A stretch of 64,000 bases of DNA from Candidatus Dojkabacteria bacterium. Lineage in GTDB: Bacteria; Patescibacteriota; Dojkabacteria; B142; OLB20. The notes under the pieces were generated by a model. That model had not been told where the DNA came from and ran no database searches. It saw nothing but the letters and a program-made list of their open reading frames with translations. The translations under genes and the position numbers were made by a program. Location of the stretch: contig CP129475.1 of assembly GCA_030583785.1 (NCBI GenBank), positions 543,559-607,558 of the forward strand. Reading direction: 5' to 3'. Of this stretch, positions 19,736-28,247 are shown in pieces (the first letter of the stretch is position 1; every line of letters starts with the position of its first letter).

Positions 19736-20278
19736 TTACTTACAATTCACACTAATTTGGCCTTGCCCTTTTGCAAATGCTTCGTACTCTGCCTCACAAC
19801 CAGTACAAACTGAATCAGCTGGATCTGCTAAACAAGCTTTACAGCCTACGCTGTTTGGTGCCGATAAACAGGTCTGGAATAAGTTTGGATCTGGTCTTGA
19901 AGCGCCAAAAAAGACAAAGACTAATACTATACCGACTATTGCCAAAAGCATTGCTGCAATACCCATGAAGATGGCAGTTATTGATTTTTGCGCTTCTTCG
20001 ATTTTACCGGAATCACCTTGAGACTGAATATACTTGATAGCTGCCATAATTGCATATACAACTGCAATTAGAACAACAATACCAAGAGCAATAACTAAAG
20101 CAAGTTGCACTCGACTGGTAACAAACTGTGCAGAACCGCTACCGTCTGGACCAGTAAGATTGAATATATCAGCTATTTGCGCAGGCAATAAACTTTGTGC
20201 AGCAACAACATTGACAAGACCTACTACAACAAAGAATGCCATTAATGCAAAAGCAACTGGAAAGAATCGTTTGGACAT
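19736..20278 (-). CDS. VirB2/TrbC-like pilin-fold protein with C-terminal Cys-rich tail (paralog 2)
   Basis: Signal peptide. Helix (LALVIALGIVVLIAVVYAIMAAI), loop (QSQGDSGKIEEAQKS), helix (AIFMGIAAMLLAIVGIVLVFVFF). Tail has 7 Cys (CLSAPNSVGCKACLADPADSVCTGCEAEY). Confidence 0.55.
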   Translation of the reverse strand: MSKRFFPVAFALMAFFVVVGLVNVVAAQSLLPAQIADIFNLTGPDGSGSAQFVTSRVQLALVIALGIVVLIAVVYAIMAAIKYIQSQGDSGKIEEAQKSITAIFMGIAAMLLAIVGIVLVFVFFGASRPDPNLFQTCLSAPNSVGCKACLADPADSVCTGCEAEYEAFAKGQGQISVNCK

Positions 20279-20362
20279 AAATATTAAATAATAATTAATG
20301 ACTAATACTCTCTATTTACAATTAGTTTAGCCTATCTGGTTATAAATGTTAAGTATTAACAA

Positions 20363-20914
20363 TTAAAACCAGCGCGAACTGATATTTTCACAAGATTGTT
20401 CCCATCTTCTGTACTCATTAAGAGTAATATCGTTGACTACAAGACTCTGCCATTCTTGACCATCGCGTACCTTGCAACAGCCTATGGCTACATTCTGTCT
20501 GAAATCATCTTCGCTATAGCCTTTTAATGTTTCGTCTGTTTCAAGATATTGAAACATGAATTGTCCGCTTGTTCCACCACACTGTGCAAGATTTGTATGC
20601 CAAGAATAAATATCCCCTATTCCTGTGAAAGCTCCAACCACAGATAAAACGACTAGAAAACCGAGGAACATAGCAATTCCAATCCAGATATTGGTAATTG
20701 TCTTTTTGCCTGCTTCGATCCCATCCGGTTCTGCCGCACTGGTAATAATTCGGATGCCTGCATAAATCGACAATGCAACCCAGACCACCACCATAACAGT
20801 GAAGACCATACTAATTCCAAAAGCGATTACCGATAGAACTCCTCCCGTAGCGATTCCTCCAACATTGGGAATTAGTAATTGAATGCCGCCGATTGTTGTT
20901 TGTAGATTGAACAT
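20363..20914 (-). CDS. VirB2/TrbC-like pilin-fold protein with C-terminal Cys-containing domain (paralog 3)
   Basis: Helix - SAAEPDGIEAGKKT loop - helix core. A ~80-aa C-terminal domain has 4 Cys, including a CC pair. Confidence 0.5.
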   Translation of the reverse strand: MFNLQTTIGGIQLLIPNVGGIATGGVLSVIAFGISMVFTVMVVVWVALSIYAGIRIITSAAEPDGIEAGKKTITNIWIGIAMFLGFLVVLSVVGAFTGIGDIYSWHTNLAQCGGTSGQFMFQYLETDETLKGYSEDDFRQNVAIGCCKVRDGQEWQSLVVNDITLNEYRRWEQSCENISSRWF

Positions 20915-20927
20915 GCTAATTATAATT

Positions 20928-21665
20928 TTACGGAATTAACTGCCATACTCCAGAAATGGAAGTTGGTGTCTCACGATTACAAATATAATTTTCAATTTCT
21001 CCATTAGTTAGAGCCCGATATGCTTTCTTCCCTATAGGTGAACATGCTTGGTTTGTTACCGTACCAATTAGCCTTTCTGGAGGGACCAAATCAAAATCAA
21101 AGAGGTTTTCGGCAAGACCAAGCAACATAGCCAACAACTGAATAATGATTATGCCAAATACAGATATAACTACTCCGATAAGAGCGTTCTTAAAAATTTT
21201 AACAGAGAGTTCGACTTTGTCTGCATTGTCTGCGGCCGTTGTTCGAACAATCATTCCGTACACTGCCATAAGTACAGTAACAACAGCAATAACACCCATT
21301 ACTGCAGAAAGTAATAACCGAGTTATTCGCGGGATAGCCATCTGAGGAGGACCGAAATCTATTCCAGAGAAATTGACACTGTTAACAACTTCGTCTGTGG
21401 CTTGATCCTCTCTTTCTTTCGGTTCTGAAGGATCTCCTTTTTTGCAGCTACGACCCTCTGCAATAATCCAATACTGACAAACATCATTGCAATCAGCTGC
21501 AGGATCGGTGAATTTAAGCACAGAACAAGCCGGATCAACAACTAGGTCAGTACGATTTGGTTCACTAACGGGCCCGGAATCCGGATCATCTTGGTCAATA
21601 ATGGCGCAACCAGAAAGTACAGTTAAAGCAACTGCAAATATAAATAGATTGAGTAATTTCTTCAT
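20928..21665 (-). CDS. lipoprotein with N-terminal Cys-rich domain, central VirB2/TrbC-like core and C-terminal Cys pair (paralog 4)
   Basis: Lipobox LTVLSGC. N-terminal domain with 5 Cys. Core IAVVTVLMAVYGMIV - RTTAADNADKVELSVK - ALIGVVISVFGIIIIQLLAMLLG. Confidence 0.5.
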   Translation of the reverse strand: MKKLLNLFIFAVALTVLSGCAIIDQDDPDSGPVSEPNRTDLVVDPACSVLKFTDPAADCNDVCQYWIIAEGRSCKKGDPSEPKEREDQATDEVVNSVNFSGIDFGPPQMAIPRITRLLLSAVMGVIAVVTVLMAVYGMIVRTTAADNADKVELSVKIFKNALIGVVISVFGIIIIQLLAMLLGLAENLFDFDLVPPERLIGTVTNQACSPIGKKAYRALTNGEIENYICNRETPTSISGVWQLIP

Positions 21666-21668
21666 TTG

Positions 21669-22022
21669 TTAATTACCAATTAACTGGATTCCGAAAATTG
21701 CCCCAATTAAACCAACTACTACAGGTGCAACAATGATAATAACAAAACCAATAACAGCATATGTCAATATTTTGTTTGCCTTTGCCTCTTGGTCTGCGTT
21801 ACCGGCAGCCGTGAGCTTGGTAAAACCCCCCAGAATGATCATAGCCAGCAAAGCCAAAGTTGCAGCAGGAAGGATAAACGCACTTAGCGAAGAAACAATG
21901 CTACTAATGTTTCCGAAAGCAGGATTGACAGGGTTTTGAATTGGATTCTGCGCTAAAACTTTTGTCGCTGCCACGAAAAAGATAACTATTGAAAGTACGA
22001 ATGTGCTTAATTGCTTTTTCAT
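21669..22022 (-). CDS. minimal VirB2/TrbC-like pilin (paralog 5, no Cys domain)
   Basis: Signal peptide MKKQLSTFVLSIVIFFVAATKVLA. Helix, AAGNADQEAKANK loop, helix (AVIGFVIIIVAPVVVGLIGAIFG). Size and topology are those of a canonical T-pilin/TrbC subunit. Start moved to the internal Met (22022); the ORF track gives 22043. Confidence 0.6.
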   Translation of the reverse strand: MKKQLSTFVLSIVIFFVAATKVLAQNPIQNPVNPAFGNISSIVSSLSAFILPAATLALLAMIILGGFTKLTAAGNADQEAKANKILTYAVIGFVIIIVAPVVVGLIGAIFGIQLIGN

Positions 22023-22064
22023 ATTCTTAGAATAGCAGAGCAAATAAATTGATTCAAATTACTC

Positions 22065-23207
22065 TTATCCTCCCAGGAAGTTTTCAGGAAGGATGCCAAG
22101 TACATTTATTCCCAAGAATCTTAGTATCACGACTGCGCCAACCAAAACCACCAAAGCAATTAGCGCAGAAGTAATCAGTTCCTTTGCCTCTCTTATTTGT
22201 TCGGGATTATCTGTCTGCATCATTATTGCAGCCTGCAGAAATCTGATTATCATGACACCACCGATTATTCCTATTCCTATTTGAAACAGCCTGGTAATGA
22301 TTCCATCTCTTGAATAATCAACGCAACCGATTGCAGTCCAAATTGTATTTGGACTGCTTGTGCATTCAATACAAAGGTTTTTTTCAGCATCGTTTCCTAC
22401 TATTGTTTCGCAACCGGTTGCTCCCGGAGCACCTTGTCGCCTTTCATACTCTTCTTCTGTAATCCAACTACCACTGTAACATCGTTTTTCTTTTAGTGTG
22501 TATCCTGGCGGATAGCAATTTTGTTCACAGCCAGACCTTGTTGTTGGAACTAGTGAGGACTTATCTGGATCTTCATCTACTGCCACACAGTTGTTGGGCT
22601 GGCATGAATAGCTTTGTTCAGGCGCCCGACCATGAGGATCTGTCAACAACAATAGATTATATAGACCTTCTCCGGGAGACCGTCCCTGGTCGTTAGCATT
22701 CTTGCAAGAGATCGGTCCTGGATTACCAGGTACTTGTGCCGGTGTGTATAGATTATTCACAACATTTACGACTCGATTATAGTTTCCTTCAAAGTCATTC
22801 TGATATCCCTGCGGGCAACAGACTATATACTTGGTAAAGCCCACCTGCTTCCAGATTGGATCCATATTTACGGGACAACAATAGAATTCGTTCCAATCAC
22901 CAAAATTTCCGTCGGTTCCTTTAACTCGTGCGATTCTCTCTTCGGCCAAACAAACCTCTACCCTATCGCCAGATCTTCTGCCTTGTACCGGATTTCCAAA
23001 AATACCTTCAGCAGGCTCTGTTAAACAAACTTTTTCTATTGTAGGTTGCTGCCTTCCATTGGTCATGTTCCTTTCGGTTAAACCATCTGGACAGACTGGT
23101 GTTGGAACACAGACGGCGCTTCCCACAGCAGAGACATTTTCGGATACTAAAGAAGCAAAGGTTACGAAAGAAGCAATGATTATGAATAAACGGACAATGT
23201 GAATCAC
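22065..23207 (-). CDS. secreted protein with large N-terminal Cys-rich ectodomain (~24 Cys) fused to C-terminal VirB2/TrbC-like core (paralog 6)
   Basis: Signal peptide. A ~280-aa domain dense in Cys/Pro/Gly. C-terminal core IGIGIIGGVMIIRFLQAAIMM - QTDNPEQIREAKE loop - LITSALIALVVLVGAVVILRFLG. Confidence 0.5.
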   Translation of the reverse strand: MIHIVRLFIIIASFVTFASLVSENVSAVGSAVCVPTPVCPDGLTERNMTNGRQQPTIEKVCLTEPAEGIFGNPVQGRRSGDRVEVCLAEERIARVKGTDGNFGDWNEFYCCPVNMDPIWKQVGFTKYIVCCPQGYQNDFEGNYNRVVNVVNNLYTPAQVPGNPGPISCKNANDQGRSPGEGLYNLLLLTDPHGRAPEQSYSCQPNNCVAVDEDPDKSSLVPTTRSGCEQNCYPPGYTLKEKRCYSGSWITEEEYERRQGAPGATGCETIVGNDAEKNLCIECTSSPNTIWTAIGCVDYSRDGIITRLFQIGIGIIGGVMIIRFLQAAIMMQTDNPEQIREAKELITSALIALVVLVGAVVILRFLGINVLGILPENFLGG

Positions 23208-25783
23208 TTTGGCACATTAGCTAAACTAGAAATATGAATCTCACCGCCTGCAGATAGTGTTCCGCCTACGATCTGCTTGGCAATATGGTTTTCTATATCA
23301 TCTTGAATAACTCTTCTTAATTCTCTGGCACCATATAAAGGATTGTAACCTTTTTTGGCAAGCTCGGCCAACAGGGTTGGAGCATAAGAAAAGGTGATAC
23401 CTTTTTCTTCCAGCTTCTCTTCAAGCTCTTTGAGCATGAGTGCTGCAATTTGTTGTACCTCGATGGGAACAAGTGGTTTGAACAGAACAACTTTATCGAA
23501 ACGATTAATAAATTCGATGCGTAGATAGTTTCTCAGCCTAGGCATTATTTCTGTTCGAAGCTTTTGGTAGTCGTAACCTTTTGCAGTGTAATCTGCAATC
23601 TCTTTTGATCCAAGATTTGATGTAGCAATAATAATTGTATTCGAAAAATCGACCTTTCTGCCCGCGCCATCTGTTAGTGATCCTTCGTCAAGAACCTGTA
23701 AGAACAGATCAAGAACTTTTGCATTAGCTTTCTCGATTTCATCAAGAAGAAGTAACGAATAAGGCTTTGTCCTAACGGCTTCTGTTAAATAGCCACCCTG
23801 AAATGTTCCTTTCACTTCTTTGCCAAGGAGTCTATCTAAATTTTCTGCCTCCTGATACTCAGACATGTCTAGCCTCAGCATTAGTTTTTCATCGCCGTAA
23901 TAGACTTTTGTTAATGCTTTAGCAAGTTCTGTTTTACCAACTCCAGTAGGCCCGAAGAACAGAAACGAGGCAATTGGCCTTTTGCCACTCATAAGCCCCG
24001 CTCTTGACCTGCGTAAAGCGTCTGCAACAGCAATAACAGCTTCTTCTTGTCCAACTATCCTTTTGTTGATTTCTTCTTCAAGGTTTACAAGTAACTTGGA
24101 CTCCTCTGTACTAATTGCACCAACTTTTACGCCTACTTTCGCCGACACGACTTCTTCGATCAACTGTTCATCTGCAAAATTAATACCTCGGTTTTGTGCT
24201 TCGACCATTACTTCTTCGAGCAAGTCTATTCCTTTGTCGGGCATGACTTTTTCAAAAGAGAACGAACCGGATAACTTGATAAGTCTTACAAGCGCATCAA
24301 AACTGACTTTAACCTTAAATTTATCTTCAAGCTTCGGCAGAACATCCATTAAGATTTGTTGACTAACAGATTCGGATGGGACTTTAAGCTCGACCTGTTT
24401 GAACTTTGCAGATAACGACCGTTCCGGCTTTATTCGGCGCTCGTATCCTGAAGTTGTTGCGACAGCAACTGTTCTTATTTTGTAACGATCAAGAGCATTT
24501 ATAATTAGGCCAACTATTTCTTCGGTAACATCTCTTCTACCGCTTAAAATTTGCTCAAAGTCATCTAACACTAAAATTATGTTCTTGGCTGCTGCTGATT
24601 CTTCAAAAACGCTTTGAACTCTTTCTTTGAACTTTTCAATATTCTGCGACAGAGCAAAGGCTCTACTAAAATCAAAACCGACAAGGCGCATATCTTTTAA
24701 AGATTTAGGGACATCTTCAACCACCATACGGACTGCGAGACTCTTGACTAGGGTCGTTCTTCCAACACCTGGGTTTCCGGTCAAAATTACTGCGCTATCT
24801 TCGCCTTCAACCAGATACGAAATCATTTGCTCCAGCTCTTCTTCTCGGGCAAGAGAATAACTAAAATCACCTTGTGCAACTTCGGCAGTATAGTCTCTTT
24901 GGAATTGAACAAGGATCGGTGAAAACCTTGAGGTAAAAGCTCTATTTACAGTAGAAACAGGTTTTAATGCTCTCTTTTGTTTAAACAATTTCTTGTAGCG
25001 AGCAATATCGCTTTTGTTCTGGATCCACAGACCTAAAGAAGCCACTTCTTCTGGAAGAACATTTACACTTTTCAATTTCTGCTTCAAAGGTTCTTTAAGT
25101 AAGAAGAGGAAAAAGGCGAGTTCATCGACACTATTTGTATGCAGTTCGTAAGCAAGTTCAAAAGACTCTTTTAGAACTTTCACCAACCATTCATCGACAT
25201 GGGTATTATTCATTCTGGAATGCGTGCTGCTAATTTTTTGTAACATTTCCTGATTCAAACCGAGCCTTTTTGCTGCGGCCATAACCTTTGGAAAAGAATA
25301 AAGCTCGTGCATTAATAGTGGTAAAAAGTTGTGGTCATCCATGCGCAACAAGTCATCTATAACATTGAGCAAATCATGATCAATAAATGAGCTCAATTCT
25401 ATCTGCTTGGGAAGGTCACCCTTGTTCAAAGATGCACGCAAATCGCTTAGCTGTTTGATACGCAACGAGTCGATAAATCTTGTCCTATTTCTGCGTAAAA
25501 ATAAAGCATATAAAAAAGGCAGAACAGAAAAGACTGCCAGTACATCTTTAATTCTGTCGGGATTAAGGATTTCAAATAGCAGAATCTTTCCTTCTTGCAA
25601 ATCTGTGAAGAAAAGAATAAATAAGGTGATCGCCGAAATGACAGTCAGAAAAAGTCCTAACGACCTATCAAATAATTCGAACTCTCTTCGTAGCCCATAT
25701 TCCTTTAATAAGTAGTCCCAATCAAGGAATAGAGGGATGCTTTTAAACAGTCCGATATTTTCTTTACCTTTACGCAACTGCAT
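23204..25783 (-). CDS. membrane-anchored Clp/Hsp100-family double AAA+ ATPase (ClpC/ClpA-like, no M-domain, no obvious ClpP-docking loop)
   Basis: Two N-terminal TM helices. Two Clp_N-like repeats (LPLLMHELYSFPKVMAAAKRLGLNQEML ; FFLFLLKEPLKQKLKSVNVL). D1 Walker A GNPGVGRTTL and Walker B ILVLDDFE. D2 Walker A GPTGVGKTELAK, Walker B LLLLDEIEKA, sensor IIIATSNLG. Its last 4 nt overlap the pilin-like paralog 6. Confidence 0.7.
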   Translation of the reverse strand: MQLRKGKENIGLFKSIPLFLDWDYLLKEYGLRREFELFDRSLGLFLTVISAITLFILFFTDLQEGKILLFEILNPDRIKDVLAVFSVLPFLYALFLRRNRTRFIDSLRIKQLSDLRASLNKGDLPKQIELSSFIDHDLLNVIDDLLRMDDHNFLPLLMHELYSFPKVMAAAKRLGLNQEMLQKISSTHSRMNNTHVDEWLVKVLKESFELAYELHTNSVDELAFFLFLLKEPLKQKLKSVNVLPEEVASLGLWIQNKSDIARYKKLFKQKRALKPVSTVNRAFTSRFSPILVQFQRDYTAEVAQGDFSYSLAREEELEQMISYLVEGEDSAVILTGNPGVGRTTLVKSLAVRMVVEDVPKSLKDMRLVGFDFSRAFALSQNIEKFKERVQSVFEESAAAKNIILVLDDFEQILSGRRDVTEEIVGLIINALDRYKIRTVAVATTSGYERRIKPERSLSAKFKQVELKVPSESVSQQILMDVLPKLEDKFKVKVSFDALVRLIKLSGSFSFEKVMPDKGIDLLEEVMVEAQNRGINFADEQLIEEVVSAKVGVKVGAISTEESKLLVNLEEEINKRIVGQEEAVIAVADALRRSRAGLMSGKRPIASFLFFGPTGVGKTELAKALTKVYYGDEKLMLRLDMSEYQEAENLDRLLGKEVKGTFQGGYLTEAVRTKPYSLLLLDEIEKANAKVLDLFLQVLDEGSLTDGAGRKVDFSNTIIIATSNLGSKEIADYTAKGYDYQKLRTEIMPRLRNYLRIEFINRFDKVVLFKPLVPIEVQQIAALMLKELEEKLEEKGITFSYAPTLLAELAKKGYNPLYGARELRRVIQDDIENHIAKQIVGGTLSAGGEIHISSLANVPK

Positions 25784-26108
25784 AGTTTAAATAGCGGATG
25801 AGCTGGATAAATGGCACTAAAGGTAAGACAAGATAAAATACAAAAATGGCCAACAACGGCAAAGTGAAGATAGTAAGAATAATGGAACCAGTTACAACCC
25901 AAACGAGTCGTATAGGAATGCTAATAAATACCCCGATCATTGAGTAGTCTTGATACAGGGGTACCAATATATTGGTTGCCATCGGTAAAATATTTAGGTA
26001 GCCAAGGGCAAAACTCCATATTGCAGATAGTTCCTGCAAGACTTGCCTAGACTGAACAAAATACCACCAGATCCAAAAATTAAGCAGATATTTTTTTATC
26101 AGCACCAC
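25770..26108 (-). CDS. small polytopic membrane protein (hypothetical)
   Basis: 112 aa with 3 hydrophobic helices. Overlaps the start of the Clp-like gene, so may lead the operon. Coding status is uncertain. Confidence 0.3.
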   Translation of the reverse strand: MVLIKKYLLNFWIWWYFVQSRQVLQELSAIWSFALGYLNILPMATNILVPLYQDYSMIGVFISIPIRLVWVVTGSIILTIFTLPLLAIFVFYLVLPLVPFIQLIRYLNYAVA

Positions 26109-26217
26109 AGAAGTGATAAATCTTAAAAAAGTTTAACACAGCGAAAGATTGCCGTCATGGGTTAACTGCTTTATAGATGATATAATTCGGCTGAAGTATT
26201 TTAGGCCATAACTTCGC

Positions 26218-27882
26218 ATGAAAAATGCGCTTAAAAGGTTATCAAGGTACGCCGCAGAGATCTATTTCTTGTTTGTGGCATTAGTCATTATGCTCCCCCT
26301 TTTAAGAGAGGGATACATATTGCTACTGGACATGACCTTTACCCCTAAAATGAACTACAGTTTTCAAAGTCCTTTCGGTTTATATAACGAGGCCGCTAGA
26401 GACGCAGTCCTTAACATTGCATCGCAAATAATAGGTTCGCAGTTACTCGAAAAGCTATTATTGCTCACCTTGTTATTCATGACCGGCTACTTCATGTTTC
26501 AACTTCTTAAACATTTAAAAGTGAATGCAGATGCAGCCCTTGTTGGCGCAACTCTATATTTATGGAATCCCTTTATTTATAGTCGATTACTTGCCGGTCA
26601 CTGGGCTTTTATATTTGGATATGCATTGCTACCAATCTTCCTGATTTTTTTTAACAAATACTTAAGTAGGAAAAGATTCTCGAATACTTATCTTATTTCT
26701 GCTGCGCTCCTTTGGTTTGCGGCCAGCCTAATAAGTATTCATCATCTATTCATATATTTTATTCCATCTGTTGCCATTACCTTTGCCCACATGCTGCAAA
26801 CCAAAAACTGGGAAGGTAAAATCGCAAGATTGGTTTCAATTTGTGCATTTGTGACTCTTTTCTCTTTTAGTTGGTTCTTACCCACAATCCTTTCTGGAGA
26901 AGTTTCTAGAATCGATAATAATAATCTGCAATTCTTTGCCTCCACTCCTGACCTAAAATATGGACTCTCTACAAACTTACTTGGAATGTATGGGTTTTGG
27001 GCAGAGAATACAATTGGCGAAACAATAAAACCCTATCTGTCGATCTGGCCAGTTATTTCCATATCTTTAGTGATTATCTCGGCTGCTTCTTTACTGCTGG
27101 CAAAACAATGCTGTAAAAAAAATCAGTATTTATTCATCGTTGCTCTGGCAGGAACTGGTTTTATTGGATTTGTTCTTGCTCACGGATCATATGGAATAAT
27201 GCAACCTTTTTGGGACTTCTTCTTTGTAAAGATTCCCTTGTTGCAAATGTTTAGAGACTCACAAAAGTTTCTTAGTTTATATGTCTTAGCATTGAGTATT
27301 CTTCTTCCTTTCAGTATAGGCGCCATCGCTGATTCAGTTAAGATATATAAATTGAGTAAAGAGTCGAAGATAAGAGGATTGAGCATTTTATTGGTTTTGT
27401 TAATAATTCTGGTCAATCCTTTTATGGGATTTGCGGCTGCTGGTCAGATGAAAATATCTGATTATCCAGACAGTTGGTATCAACTTGAGGATAAAGTTAT
27501 TAGTGAACAGAGACCCTCTAAGATTCTGATGCTTCCATGGTTAGCCTATGCCAAGTTCGGGTTCAGTGATAAACAAATTGCCAACCCTGGATCAAAATTC
27601 TTTAGTGCCTATGTTATCGCAGAAAGGATTCCTGCCCTTCTAAAGCAACCTACAAACTGCGAGATCGAATTTAAAGAATATTATAGAGGCGAGATTATTA
27701 GTCTCTGCTTAAACAGCAATAGTGCAAACGCTGACTGGATTAACCAGATTAAAAGCAATGGAATTGACTATGTTGTCATCAATAAAATAAAAGGCTTTGA
27801 AGTAAATGATTTTTACAACGACAAAGAACACTTTCAGAAATTATTTACAGACGACTATACAGAAATATACGAGGTGCTTTAG
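26218..27882 (+). CDS. polytopic membrane protein, GT-C-like glycosyltransferase candidate (paralog of N-domain of 32595..36314)
   Basis: About 10+ TM helices. Pattern shared with the larger neighbour: AALVGATLYLWNPFIYSRLLAGHWAFIFGYALLPIF versus AALIAGFVYTLNTYSIVLFAEAGHINILVAYGFVPLAI. The architecture resembles YfhO/arabinosyltransferase-type GT-C enzymes. Confidence 0.4.
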   Translation: MKNALKRLSRYAAEIYFLFVALVIMLPLLREGYILLLDMTFTPKMNYSFQSPFGLYNEAARDAVLNIASQIIGSQLLEKLLLLTLLFMTGYFMFQLLKHLKVNADAALVGATLYLWNPFIYSRLLAGHWAFIFGYALLPIFLIFFNKYLSRKRFSNTYLISAALLWFAASLISIHHLFIYFIPSVAITFAHMLQTKNWEGKIARLVSICAFVTLFSFSWFLPTILSGEVSRIDNNNLQFFASTPDLKYGLSTNLLGMYGFWAENTIGETIKPYLSIWPVISISLVIISAASLLLAKQCCKKNQYLFIVALAGTGFIGFVLAHGSYGIMQPFWDFFFVKIPLLQMFRDSQKFLSLYVLALSILLPFSIGAIADSVKIYKLSKESKIRGLSILLVLLIILVNPFMGFAAAGQMKISDYPDSWYQLEDKVISEQRPSKILMLPWLAYAKFGFSDKQIANPGSKFFSAYVIAERIPALLKQPTNCEIEFKEYYRGEIISLCLNSNSANADWINQIKSNGIDYVVINKIKGFEVNDFYNDKEHFQKLFTDDYTEIYEVL

Positions 27883-28247
27883 AATAGAATAGTATTATTG
27901 CGAAAATTTACTGGAATCACTAGCCACATATTATATAGGTCAGTTACTTGCAGCAGAGATAATCGCTGAAGATGAATCAGCAGACCGACTTAACGGCGAG
28001 ATCCATAGAATAAATCCCCTACACTATGACGCAGCCGCAATTCTTGTGGGTTCCAAAGAAAGAAATCTACCTCTAGAAAAATATTCTATAAGTATCGAAG
28101 GCATAGACTGCAACTTTCGAATAGCGGCTGCGTATTATTTGGCAAAGCATATGCGTGATAAGCGCTGATATTTGTTGTTTAGTGCTGCAATAAGTTATAA
28201 TCAAGCACCTCTGCCCAGGTAGCAATAACACCAAAATTATAATAACC

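Noticed and set aside
27883-28247. 365-nt gap between the GT-C gene and the lipoprotein gene as a possible ncRNA or decayed ORF
   Set aside because: No strong stem-loops or conserved motif recognisable by eye. Likely a promoter or 5' UTR region. Covariance-model search is needed before any call.
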